64,000 bases of DNA, from NCBI RefSeq assembly GCF_009914755.1, contig NC_060929.1, one strand, 5' to 3'. The position numbers and the translations under genes were made by a program. Shown in pieces: positions 13,620-26,559 of the stretch. The stretch comes from the human T2T-CHM13v2.0 reference genome, Homo sapiens. Under the pieces are notes generated by a model. It saw only the letters and a list, made by a program, of their open reading frames with translations, did not search any database and was not told the origin of the DNA. Numbering within the stretch: position 1 is the first letter of the stretch; each line of letters opens with the position of its first letter.

Positions 13620-16293
13620 CTAGTTTTTTTAAATTGTTGAAGGTACATGGAAGGTGTACATATTTATGGAATACATGAAATGCTTTGATACAGGCATGCA
13701 ATGCGAAATAAGCACATCATGGAGAATTGGGTATCCATCCCCTTAAGCATTTATTCTTTGAGTTACAAATAACCCAATTACATTCTTCAAGTTATTTTAA
13801 AGTATACAATTTATTATTGCCTATAGTCACCCTATTGTGCTATTAAATGGTAGGTCTTATTTGCATTCTGGTTTTTTTGTGCCCATTAACGATCCCCACC
13901 TACCCCTTAGCCCCCTGCTACTCTTCCAGACTCTGGTAACCACCCTTCGACTCTCTATATCCATGAGTTCAATTGATTTGATTTTTAGATCCCACAAATA
14001 AGTGCACTTATGCAATATTTGTCTTTCTGTGCCTGGATTATTTCACTTAAGATAGTGATCTTCAGTTCCATCCATGTTGTTGCAATGACTGGGTCTCATT
14101 ATTTTGTATGGCTGAATAGTACTCCATTGTGTATATGTACCACATTTTCTTTATTCAGTCATCTGTGGATGGACACTTAGGTTGCTCGTATCTTGGCTAC
14201 TGTAAACAGTGCTGCACCAAACATGGGAGTGCAGATATCTCTTTGATATACTGACTTCCTTTCTTTTGTGTATATACCCAGCAGTGGGATTGCTGGATCA
14301 TATGATAGCTTAATTTTTAGGGTTTTGAGGAACCTCCAAACTGTTCTCCATAGTGGTTGTACTAATTTACATTCCTGCCAACAGTATACAAGCTTCCTTT
14401 TCTCTACATCCTTGTCAACATTTGTTATTGCCTGTGTATTTGATACAAGCCTTTTTAGCTGTGGTGAGATGATATCTCATTGAAGCCTTTTTTTTTTTTT
14501 TTAGACAGGGTCTTATTCTGTCACCCAGGCTGGAGTGCAGTGGCATGATCTTGGGTCACTGCATCCTCCGCCTCCCAGGTTCAAGTGAGTCTGTGGATTG
14601 TAAAATGTCCATTTTAACAACATTGATTCTTTCAATCCATGAACATAGAATATTCTTCCATTTTTTGGTGTCTTCTTTGATTTCCTGCATCAGTGTTTTA
14701 TAATTTTTATTATGGAGATCTTTCACTTCTTGGGTTAATTTTTAGGTATTTCATTTTATGTGTGGCTACTGTAAATGGGATTACTTTTTTATTTCCTTTT
14801 CATATTCTTCACTGTTGGCATATACAAATGTTTTGTATGTTTATTTTGTATGTTGAATTGTATCCAAATTCAACTTTACTGAATTTGTGTATCAGTGTTA
14901 ATAGTTTTCTTCTGAAGTCTTTACGCTTTTTGAATTATAAGATCATATCATCAGCAAACAAGCATAATTTGACTTCTTCCTTTCCAATTTGGATGCCTTT
15001 CGTAGCTTTCTCTTGTCTTATTGAGAAAGCTAAGACTTCCAGTACTACATTGAATAACAGTGTTGACAGTGGGCATCCTTGTTTTGTTCCCAATCTTAGG
15101 GAAAAGGCTTTTTTTTTTCCCCAATAAATATACTAGATGTGGATTTCTCAAACATGACTTTTATTATGTTAGGGTATGTTCCTTCTATGCCCAGTTTTTA
15201 AGGATTTTCATAATACTGTGCCATTAAATTTTATCAAACACTTTTTCAGCATCAATTCATGTGATCATATGGTTTTTATTCTTCATTCTTTCGATATGAT
15301 GTATCATGTTGATTGATTTGTGTATGTTGAACCGTCCTTGCATCCCAGAGATAAATCTCACTTGATCATGATGAATAATCTTTATAATGTATTGTTGAAT
15401 TTGGTTTGCTAGTTTTTTTTTGAGGATTATTGCATCAATATTCTTCAGAGATATTGACCTGTTGTTTTCTGCCTTATAGTGTGTCTTTGTCTGGTTTTGG
15501 TATCAGGGTAATACTGGTCTCCTAGAATGAGTTTGGTAGTATTCCCTTCTCTATTTTTCAGAATAGTTTGAGTAAGATTTGTATTAGTTCTTTAAATGTT
15601 TGGTAGAATTCAGCAGTGAAGCCATTGTGTTCCAGGCTTTTCTTTACTGGGAGACTTTAATTACAGCTTCAATTTCATGACTTATTATTGGTCTTTTCAG
15701 GTTTGGGATTTTTTTTTTTCTGATTTAATCTTGGCAGGTTTTGTTTATCTTGGGATTTTTTTCTTTCTCCTAGATTTTCCAATTCATTGGCTTATTGTTG
15801 CTCATAGTGGCCACTAATGATTCTTTGAATTTTTGCAATATCAGTTATAATGTCTTGTTTTTCATTTATAATTTTATTTATTTGGGTCTTTTTTTTTCAC
15901 AGTTAGTCTGGATAAAGGTTTGTCAATTTTGTTTCTTTTCAAAAAACCAGCTTAATATTTTATTGATCTTTTGTATTGTTTTCCTCATTCCAGTTTCATT
16001 CTTTTCTGCTCTGATCTTTATTATTTCTTTCATTCTACTAATTTTGGTTTGGTTTGAGCTTGCTTTTATAGTTCCTTAAAGTGCATTGCTAGATTGCTAA
16101 TTTGAATTGTTTTTTTTTTTTTGTGATGCGGGCACTCATAGCTATAAACTTCCCTCTGAGTACTGCATTTGTTGTATCCAATAGGTTTTGGTGCATTGTA
16201 TTATCATTTGTTTCAAGACATTTTTCAATTTTCTTCTTAATTTCTTCATGGACCACTGGTAATTCAGGAGCATATTGTTTAATTTCCACGGTT
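13620..16293 (-). mobile_element. L1MA1-3-like element (3'UTR and part of ORF2), interrupted by an Alu fragment
   Basis: 3' end tttgatacaggcatgcaatgcgaaataagcacatcatggag; minus-strand ORF 16089-16331 gives the ORF2 remnant EEIKKKIEKCLETND...LRGKFIA. Confidence 0.9.
14488..14589 (-). mobile_element. Alu 3' fragment (tail plus about 85 bp)
   Basis: poly-T followed by agacagggtcttattctgtcacccaggctggagtgcagtgg...cctcccaggttcaag. Confidence 0.9.
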
Positions 16294-16295
16294 TG

Positions 16296-16420
16296 ATTTA
16301 TCATCTCAACAAATTCAGAAAAAATTGACAAAATTTAAAAAAAGTTTATGATAAAAATCAGCAAATTTCAAATAGAAGGAAAACATCCTTAGTCCATTAA
16401 AATGCACACAGATATCCAAA
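16296..16420 (+). mobile_element. Ancient L1M ORF2 fragment
   Basis: atcatctcaacaaattcagaaaaaattgacaaaatt...atgataaaaatcagcaaa resembles the DAEKAFDKI-coding region. Confidence 0.55.
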
Positions 16421-16614
16421 ATTTTCCAGTGAATCATTTTCAAAACCAGTATCACATGTTATGTTGTTAAATAATGAATTGCTAAGTTGAATCAATACCA
16501 TCATTCCGTTATATTGCTATATTTTTCAAAGTTGTGAAACCGATATCATTTAATTACCATTTTAATAAAATTTATTTAAGAGACCATTTATAGTTTCTTA
16601 ATACTATTTAAAGA

Positions 16615-17060
16615 GTATATTATTTTTCTAGGGCTACTATAATAAATTACTATAAACTGTGTGCTTTACAACAACAGAAATTTAGAAGTCTGTAGTCAAG
16701 ATATTAGCATGTCCATGCTTTCTCTGAAGACTCTAGGGAAGGTTTCTTTATTGCTTCTCTCTAGCTTTTCGTGTTTTTTTTAATTTTTATTTATTTATTT
16801 ATTTATTTATTTATTGGCAAATCTTGTCATCTCCTGGCTTGTAGATGCATCACTCCAATTCTGATTCTGCTTACATGTGTTCTCCTCGTGTATTTCTCTG
16901 TGTCTTCACATGGCCTTCTTCTAAGGACACCACTCATATGCTAATGCAGTCTGACCTCATTTTAACTAATTATATCTGCCAAGACCCTATATCCAGCTAC
17001 GTTCATTTTGAGGTTCCAAATGGACATGAATTTTGGAAGGACGATTTGCTACTCAGTACA
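16615..17060 (-). mobile_element. MLT1C-like LTR with internal (TTTA)n
   Basis: ctagggctactataataaattactataaactg...acaacagaaattta; ends ggacatgaattttgg..ctcagtaca. Confidence 0.75.
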
Positions 17061-18005
17061 AAGTCCTTTCATTGAAATTCAGGACTATGTTTTTCTATGG
17101 CATTGTTTTTCTTCAAAAATATAGACAGAATTTATTTGTAATGAAATGAACATAACAGTGAATGGTTTTATAAAAGAAGATTCAACAGCAATGTCATATG
17201 TTACTTTAAAATATTCACTTTTAAATATTCACAACTATAGCTAAAATTTGTGATATGCTAATAGTAGGTAGCATACTATTAACTTTTAGTATTACAGAAA
17301 AAATATTTATTTCCATAATTGTAGCATAATTATTTCTCTGTTTTATTACAGGTTTATGAAGTTTTCAAATTCTATGTATTCCTGTGGTCCTTGATCCTAA
17401 AGTCTCCTATACAATAATTTATGAATTTTAATTAAAATCCAATATTACTAGGTAACTGTATTGTAGAATTACTCTTGATCTAGTTGCCTTTAGCCAAGGT
17501 GATAAGTGGTCGTATTTAAAATTATATTGAATCCTATTTTTTATGTAAGTTTCTGCAAGCTCCTTTGTATATGAAAATATGCAGTATTTTAATCTAAACT
17601 TTTTCATCAATTTTTAAATAAACTTAATGTCCTTTCTCCAATTCATTGTTTTAGAAACTTCATTTTTCCTAATACAATTCTTTGACATACTCATCTTGAA
17701 ATAAGTCTTATGTTCATTTTTGTTTTCAAAAAATAATTACCCTATATTATATATGGATTATGTTGCCTGTTATGCATCTATTTATTAAGGCAGAATGCAT
17801 TTAGGAAATGTATACAAATAAAAAAATATGTTCCTTAAAGCAAAATGATGTTACCCTTGGATAACTTACAGTTCACTATGTAGTTCACAGCACCTATGTT
17901 CCCCAAGAGATACCATCAAAGGTCAGAACTTCTCAGTGGAAACAAAAGTAAACCACTTAGATGATTATTTTATTTTTGTTATTGATAATTAAAAAATGAT
18001 AGTGT

Positions 18006-18352
18006 AGGTGGAAAGCAGTGGCTTACCTCTGTAATCCTAGAACTTTGGGAGGCTGAGGTGGATGAATGGCTTCAGCTCATGAGTTAGAGACCATCTTGGG
18101 CAACATGGTGAAACCCCATCTCTACAAAAGCAAAACAAAACAACAACAACAACAAATAGAAGAACATGATGGCTTGCTCCTGAAGTCTCAGCTACATGGG
18201 AGGCTGAGGTGGGAGGATCACTTGAGCCTAGGAGACAGGGATTACAGTGAAACATGATCACTCCACTGCACTTCAGCCTGGCAGCCTGGGCAACAGAGTG
18301 AGACCCTGTCTCAAAAAAAAAAAAAAAAAAAAAAGTAAAGAAAAGAAAAAAG
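18006..18352 (+). mobile_element. AluJ, full length
   Basis: gaggtgggaggatcacttgagcct and gagaccctgtctc; diverged; (CAA)n linker; A tail. Confidence 0.9.
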
Positions 18353-19152
18353 AGATGATGTAATAAATGACACCAAATGTGTTTATTTTTCATTGGAATT
18401 TAATCAAATGAGTGGTAATTATATGCTCAAATTCACTGGTAAATAATGAAAAAAAGGCTGAACAGTGAAAGCTCTTTCGCAAGAAGCTAACTGACATAAT
18501 GGAGACACGGTCAAGTACACAACAGCAATTATGAAAACTTTGACAACAATGTAGCATACAACAGTAATTGGAGGCATTTTGCTATCTATTATTTGCTATT
18601 CATTAATGAGAAATGTATATTTGATTTATAAATTTATCATTGGATTATGCATACATGCATTCCTCCATCTCATTAAAAATTACTTTTATAATTGTATTAC
18701 TTTGTTTATTGAATTGACTCCCAAGAAGTATTTGGTAACCCTGAATGCACTTTACATATTTTATTTTTATAATGAACAATTTTTCAGAAAACACAATTAA
18801 TTGGGAATATATTCTAAAGAACATTTTTGGTATGGTTATTAATTTTTTATTCCTAAAACTCTAGGCAAATTTATGTTTCATAGCACAACCTACACTAAAA
18901 TTTTTATTTCCGTAAAACTAAAAGATATTGGATAGTCGTGTGCTCCTTGATATTGCTTCTGTGATTCAAAAATGATTCTGCTCTCTTTCTCATCTATCTA
19001 TCTACGCTTTTACTAAATAAGTATCCAGAAGTCTTCAGAAACATATGGTAAACCCCAAGTTTATAAGATTTTAAGTTTATGAGAAGATTATCTATTGTTT
19101 TTAGCTGAAAACTTACAATTGAAACTCTTGGAATGTGAATATATTCCAAAGA

Positions 19153-22100
19153 GGTTTTTTTTCTTTTTTTTTGTTTTTAATTTTTTGCAGGACTTTCTGT
19201 ACTATGTTAAGTAGCAGTTGGGAACATGGGCACCCTTATTTTGTTCTAGTTCTTACAGAGAAAGATTTCAGTTTTTCCCTGTTCAGTATAATGTTGGCTG
19301 TGGACTTGCAATATTTGACCTTCTTTTTATGCCAAATTTGTGAGTTTTAATTATGAAGGGGTGCTGAATTTTATCAAATGCTTTCTCTGCATCTATTGAG
19401 ATAATCATATGGTTTTGGTCTTTTATTCTGTTTATGTGATGTATTACATTTATTAATATGCATATGTTGAACTATCCTCACATCCATGGTATAAAGCTCA
19501 CTTGATTATGGTATATTATCTCTTTGATGTGCTGTTGGATTCAGTTTGTTATGTTCATCAGGGATATTGGCCTGTAGTTTTCTTTTTTGTTGTGTCCTTG
19601 ACCAGTTTTGGTACTTGGGGTGATACTAGACATGTATAATTAATTAGGGAGTATCCATCTTCCTTGAATTTTTGGAAGAGTTTCAGGAGGACTTGTATTA
19701 GTTATTAGTTTTTCTATTTTTTTTTTCTTTTTTGTACTAAAATAACTAGTACAAAGTGGAATTCATCTGTGAATCCATCTGGTCCTTGGCTTTTTTATTG
19801 TTGGGAGATTTATTATTACTGATTCCATCTCAGTATTCATTATTGGCCTGTGCAGGTTTTCTATTTTTTCCAGGTTCAGGCTTGGTAGATTGTATGTTTC
19901 CAGGAATTCGCCAATTTCCTCCAGGATTTCCACTGTGTAAGCACAGAGTTGTTCATAATAGTCTCTGATGATCTTTTATATTTCTGTGGCATCAGTTTCA
20001 ATGTCTCCTTTTTCAATTCCAATCTTGTTTATTGAATCTTTTCTCTTTTGTTCTTGGTTACTCTAGCTAGTGTGTAATCAATTTTTTTTGTCTTTTTGAA
20101 GAATCAACTTACAGTTTTATCAAACCTTTGCATTGTTTATTTTGGTCGCCTACATTTCTTACATTTAATTGTGCCTTGATCTTTTTTTTAAATTTTTTTC
20201 TGATAACTTTGGGTTTAGTTTGTTCTTGTTTTTCTAGTTCCTTGAAGTGTGAAGTTATTAATTTATGATCTTTCTACTTTTCTGATATAGATATTTAATG
20301 CTATAAATTACTGCTTAGCATTACTTTTCCTGTATCCCAAAGGTTTTGGAATGGTATTTCAATATTATTCATTTTAAAAGTTTTTTAAATTTTTATTTTA
20401 AATCCTTTGTTGACGCAAAGATTGTCAAGGAGCGTTATTTAATTTCCATGTATTTGTACACTTTCAGAACTGTACTGATACTTTCATGAGTTATTTATTT
20501 AAAGAGATTTTCTAAACTTTTTGAGTTTTCTTCCTGCTCAGCAATATTTATAATTTATAAGTTTCAGAACTGTACAAATAGTTTGCCTTGGTATTGATTT
20601 CTAGTTTTCATCCATGGTGGCCTATGAAGATACTGGATATGATTTTGATTTTTTAAAAATGTATTTATATGTGTTTTGTGGCCTAACATATTGTTTATCT
20701 TGAACAATGTTTCATGTGCTGATGAGAAAATGTATATTTTGCAGTTGTTGGGCAGAACATTCTGTGAAGATTTGTTAGGTGTATTTGGTCTAAAGTATAA
20801 TTTAAGTCCAATGTTTCTTTATTGATTTTATGTCTTGATCATCTGTCTAGTGCTGTGAGTGGGGTGTTGAAGTCTCTTACTATTATTGTACTGCTATCTC
20901 TTTCTTTAGGTACGGTAATATTTGTATTATGAATCTAGGTGCTTCAATGTTGCATTTCTATATATTTACAATTGTTATATTCTCTGATTTAATTGATCTC
21001 TTTATCAACTAATATATGTATAATGTCTTATATGTATGATAATCTTTCTTCTTTTTAATTTTTTTTTTTTTACTTACAGTCTATCTGATAAATGGATAGC
21101 TTTCCTATTTGGGTTATTATTTTTATTCATTCTGCTAGTCTGTCTTTTAAGTAGAGGATTTAATCAATTTATATTCAAGGTTAATGTTGATATTTGAGGT
21201 TTTATTCCTGTCATAATAAAAAGTACTTTCTAGTTGTTTTATCAATTCTTTATTTTTTTTCTCTTTCTGTTTGTATGTGGAATTTGGTGGAATTCTGTCT
21301 TGTTGCCTTTTGATTCCTTTTTCTTCTGCATTTGTGTGTTTTTTAAGACTTGAGAGTTTTATACTTGCATGTGTTTTTATTTTGGTAAATATCAGCCTTT
21401 CATTTCCACATTTAGAAGTCCTTTAAGTATTTCTTATAGTTTTGGTCTCGAGGTGATGAATTCCCTCAGTGTTTCCTTGTCTAAGAAAGACTTTATTTCT
21501 CTTTCATTTAAGAAATAATAAAATACAGCTGAAAATACAATTTTGGGGTGAAAGGTTTTTTTTTTTCTATTTCAGCATTTTGAAAATCTCATCCCATTCT
21601 TTTCTTGCATATAAGGTTTCTACTAAGAGGTCCACATTAGTTTGATGGGGCATCCTTTATAGGTGACTAGATGCTTTTCTCTTTTTGATTTTAAAATTCT
21701 CTCCTTAACTTTGGCTTCAAATAGTATGATGACAATATGTTGTGGTGAATCTCTGTTTTCAATGCATTTTTTTCGGGAGATCAATGGGCCTCCTGTAGCT
21801 GGATGTCTAAATCTGCTGCTAGACATGACTAGAGGAATACTTTCATCAGTTATTTCTTTAAAGAGGTTTTCCAAACTTTTTGAGTTTTCTTCCCACTCAG
21901 CAATATTTATAATTTATAAGATTGATTGCTTTATGTAGTCCCATACATCTTGAAGGCCTTTTTTATTTTTTCGTTATTTTTTTCTTCATTTTTTTTTTTT
22001 GCCTGACTATATTGCTTCAAAATACCTGTCTTCAAGTTCTGAGATTTTTTTTCTTTTACTTGGTATAGTCTATTGCTAAAGTTTTCAAATGTATTTTGTC

Positions 22101-23915
22101 ATTCCTTCAATGAATTTTTCACTTCCAGGATTTCTGCTTGTTTTGTTTTTTTTTTGTTTTTAAGTTATCTATCTCCTTAATAAATATCTCATTCATATCT
22201 TAAATTGACTTTCCTATTTCTTTGTACTTGTCTTCAGATTTCTTTTGCATCTTATTAAGCTTCTTTAAAATCAATATTTTGAATTCTTTATCTGGGATTT
22301 TGAAGATTTCTTTTTTATTAAGATCTATTGCTGGATAATGATTGTGATCTTTTGAAGATGTCATAATAACTTGTTTTTAATGCTTTCTGCATCTTCACAC
22401 TGATTTCTGTGCATCTAAAGTAATAGTCACTTCTTATTTTTGAATTACTTTTTCATGTGGGGAACTTTTTCTTGAAGATGTGAATATGATGTATGTTGGA
22501 TATAGTCATTTTGCTTTTCTGCTTTGTGTGTGCAGTGGAAAAGATTCTGCATGATTTCTTTGGCTATAAATACCATTGGTGTGATCTCTCTCTGTAATGC
22601 TGGTTATAGTATCAATGTATGAGGCAGGTGAACAGGCTCATGGTATCTTGAGAAGCTGGGGTGGTGTGGCCAATGGGGTTAGCCGTGGTTGTGAGAAGCT
22701 TTTCTTGTTCCCAAGCAGTATGCTTTTGTGTCATTAATTGTTGTAATAGACTGCAGGCAAAATTCTAAGCCAATAGGTTGTGCTTACAGGTAAGAGCCAG
22801 CTGTAGTGGTAGCAATAAGTTTAATGTCCAACATCTGTTAATCAGGAGAAGCACTCCAGTGTCCCTGGTCGTGGATTGGGCCACAAATTCCCACAGGCCT
22901 GGGTCCTGCTCTCCATCTTTGAAGGTAGGTGAAGCTGGGCAGAGGAAGATCAAGGAAGCCTGCATTCAGGCCTCCCAATGGTGAGTTCAAGCACCAATTC
23001 TCATAAAGGGGGGAGGGAAGTCCTCAGACCTCTTAACAAGCTGCCCAGATGAAGGGTGACTGCTTCTGCACTGAGGTCTCAGAGCAAGAAGAAAGAGATT
23101 GCCTGAGCACCATGCCTTGGCCAGAATGAGTGAAAACTGCCTTCTGTGCATAACCCAGGTCCACCAGAGCTCATTCTCTCACCCTAATTATGATAGGCAG
23201 TGAAGGTTATTCAGTTAGTCAGTGCAATTTGCCTCTAATTTGAAAAGGTCAATGCCACACCTCCCTGCCAACTCTTCTCCTGCTCCATTCCCTGAGGATA
23301 GAGGGAAAGTGCCTGATTCCAGCATCAGCAGCTTGAACCACACTACACTCATATCTCAGTTCTGGCTGCAGGAATCCCACCCTTTCTTGAGCCCCATTTT
23401 TTTACCCCCTGACCCCAGTCTCTCTAGCACCCAAAACTGCTGCTGCTGCTAGCTCCCAGGACTCCATTCACCTTGAGGAGAGCTTTGATTATGAATGGAA
23501 TTCTACTTTAAGCACCTAGTTATGGGGGAGTGCATGGGACACTTCCTGGAGCAGTTCCTTTTCACTCTCTGCTGGCCATTCTCCAAGTTAGAGCCACACC
23601 TTGGGAGGGTTAAGGTACTCTCCCATGCCTTGGATTGCACACTTCTCCAGTAAGGAGTGAATGTCAGAGTGACACTCATTCAACTTTTCTCATTCATATT
23701 GCAGATTCACACCCAGTTTTCAGTCAGTTCTGGATATATGGGCAGCCCACCTTTTTTCTCTCAGATTCTAAAATTCCTTTTTGTTTTTTTCTTTTGGACT
23801 TCCTTGTTTTTTCTTTTTCTTTGGTAAGTATTTAAAGTGTGATTGTCTACAGCTCTAATTTGGTTGTAAGTTAATGAGAAGCCCTGGAAAAGTCTTTAGT
23901 CTGCCATCTTGGAAA
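19153..23915 (-). mobile_element. Old L1M element: 5'UTR, ORF1 and partial ORF2, with no 3'UTR
   Basis: 5' terminus gccatcttgga near 23910; ORF 21623-21874 is an ORF1p remnant (ENLFKEI...KERILKSKREKHLVTYKGCPIKL); RT-region sequence at 19190-20900. Confidence 0.85.
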
Positions 23916-24121
23916 CAAGGCATTTCTTAACACAGTTCTCTATGTAAACTACTGATTAATTTCAATTGTCAAGAAGAGAAGCACATTGATAAAATGTCAA
24001 AATAATATTTGAATTCTATGCCAAATTATTTAAGTAGAAAAATAAATCTTAAATTTTAATTAAATTAAAATGTCTTTATGTTTTAAAAAATCTTTCATAC
24101 ACAACAGAAAAACTCAATAAT

Positions 24122-25147
24122 TGGGAACTTCCATTCAGGGAAGATGGAATAGATGTTCTTTGCCCTATTCCTCTGGCTGGGCACAAGTAAAAACCATGAC
24201 TATAGATATAAATCCAACATAAAATGGCTTTGGAATGCCAAGTAAGAAGGCAGACTAGCTAGGAACCTCAGGACACTGAGAAAGATGTGGTAGTGATTTA
24301 GTTGAGGTTATCTTTTGTCTCATATATCCCAGACTTGGAGCTGAAGAGGCCAACAATCTGGACATGCCAATGAATGTATACAATAAAAGATCCAACAAAA
24401 GCGTTTACTCTCTAGATAAAGAACAAGAAAATGCTCATGAAGCAGAATAGAGAACATTTGACACTGACTGTTCTACTTCAAATACCACAGAAAACCTGTG
24501 TCTGCACCCACAGCCACTGCATCAAACTCCATGTGGGGAGCCTTGACTACTGTCTTGGCCAGCTCTAAAGAGATGTTCCAACCCTCCAACCTCAACCTCT
24601 TCCTTGGTCATGTCAGAGAAGGCCAGTCAGGAAGTGAAGCTTTTTATCCCTATGTTGCATAAGAAGGTTACCTTGACACAATAAGCCAGGAGAGATTGCA
24701 TGGGGAACTGGACTTCCCCTCCACCTTGCAGTAAAGAGACACCTGACCTTTGTTAGAAGGGTAGTTTCAGAGGCAGCTGAAGATTAAGGATTTAACCAAT
24801 ACTCACTGTTAATGAGAAGTGCCCCTCTCCATGTGTGTCCCATGGGGAGCAGAAATAGTGCACTACTACCCTACCCTGCCTAGGAGTTATTAGTGAAGGC
24901 ATCTTGGGGATCCAGAATTGCTACCTCTGCCTAACAGTAATAAGGACTCAGAGAGTGTCAATGAAGGCTTTCTGAGGAACTTAGGCTTTTGCCTGCACTT
25001 AGCCAATTGCCTGTCTGTGATAGTGTACTTTAGTTTTCTAAGATATTATCTTTGGGAAAACTAAGAAAAGGATCTGCAGGATCTGTATTATTTCTATAAC
25101 TATATGTGAATCCACATTTATCTCAAAATAAAATTTATTTTTAAAAA
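24122..25147 (+). mobile_element. L1MD/L1MC-like: 5'-end sequence joined to 3'-terminal sequence
   Basis: Starts gaacttccattcagggaagatggaatagatg..cctattcct; ends ctgtattatttctataactatatgtgaatccacatttatctcaaaataaaa. Confidence 0.65.
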
Positions 25148-25984
25148 GTTAATTTTAGAACTATTTGCTTTGTTTTTAACAATTTTGTCTTTAAATTGTA
25201 TAAAGAACTTTTCCAAGGTTTAATATTTCCTCTGCTTTGATGATGAGATTATGCCTTTCAAAACTGAAATGTTATTGTGTCATTTTGCAGGAAAACAGAA
25301 CTACATTATTTTATTAATGTATCTTGTAAACAGGAGGCCAATTCCCAGAGTGTACAATGCCTAATCCCTTTTCCAAATCCCTAGGAAAAAAAGGGGATTG
25401 TCACAATCTGCATTAAGGTTGAGTTTGGGCTTTGACACATGCTGATGATGGTGGTCGTGATTGATTATAGAGATTGTGTCTACATAGAGACAGAATTCAA
25501 CACTAGGCCACGGGACCCCAAATATTTGAATTGAAGGCCCTAGAAAGAAAAAGAGAATCCTAACACAAAATTTCGGAACTAAAAATAAGGAAATCAAATG
25601 AGGAACTGCAAAAGAAAAAAACTGAAGTGGGAAGTTGGGGAAAAACATCCTGACAAACAGGGTCGTAATAGTGGCTTTTGAAGAGATACCTCTGACCTCT
25701 AAAGTGAATAAGTAGTGGTCTACTACAGGACTCTGACTGGATTGAGAAGTAATAAAAATTTGTAGTATGATCTCACAGAAAATTATTCTTTGATAATCAT
25801 GGATTATTCTGAAAGAGGACTAGTAACTATAATATTGGTACCTATCTCATAAGATTTTTTGAGAATTAAATTAGACAATTTGCTAAGATTTCATTTGCAT
25901 AGCATTGATCCAGTAACATTAATTATTTTTACTGATAGCCAAATTTTTTTCACTTACACACATAAAATTTTTTTTATTTCTCTC

Positions 25985-26291
<307 letters not shown>

Positions 26292-26559
26292 CTGATTTCA
26301 CTTAATAGTTTCCCCAAGGTCCTCTATAATTTTGGCATCACACTTGAGAGAGTCAAGAAATTTTTTTCTATTCTCTAAAAACAAACAGTATTTATTGCCA
26401 TACCACCAAGAGTAGTTGTAATTTTTGGTTATCGTTGTTGCTATAGAACATAGCTTACTCAACTCACTATTCTCTGTTTTTTTCTTCTTAAAATATTGTT
26501 TTTATTTTTCTACATAAATCTCCAATTTTCCCAGAAAAAATTATTAAAAACACAAGCGT

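Noticed and set aside
16293-16420. L1 orientation switch as a twin-priming inversion
   Set aside because: The plus-strand piece looks far more diverged than the adjacent L1MA and covers an ORF2 region already present in it, so it is probably an older separate fragment.
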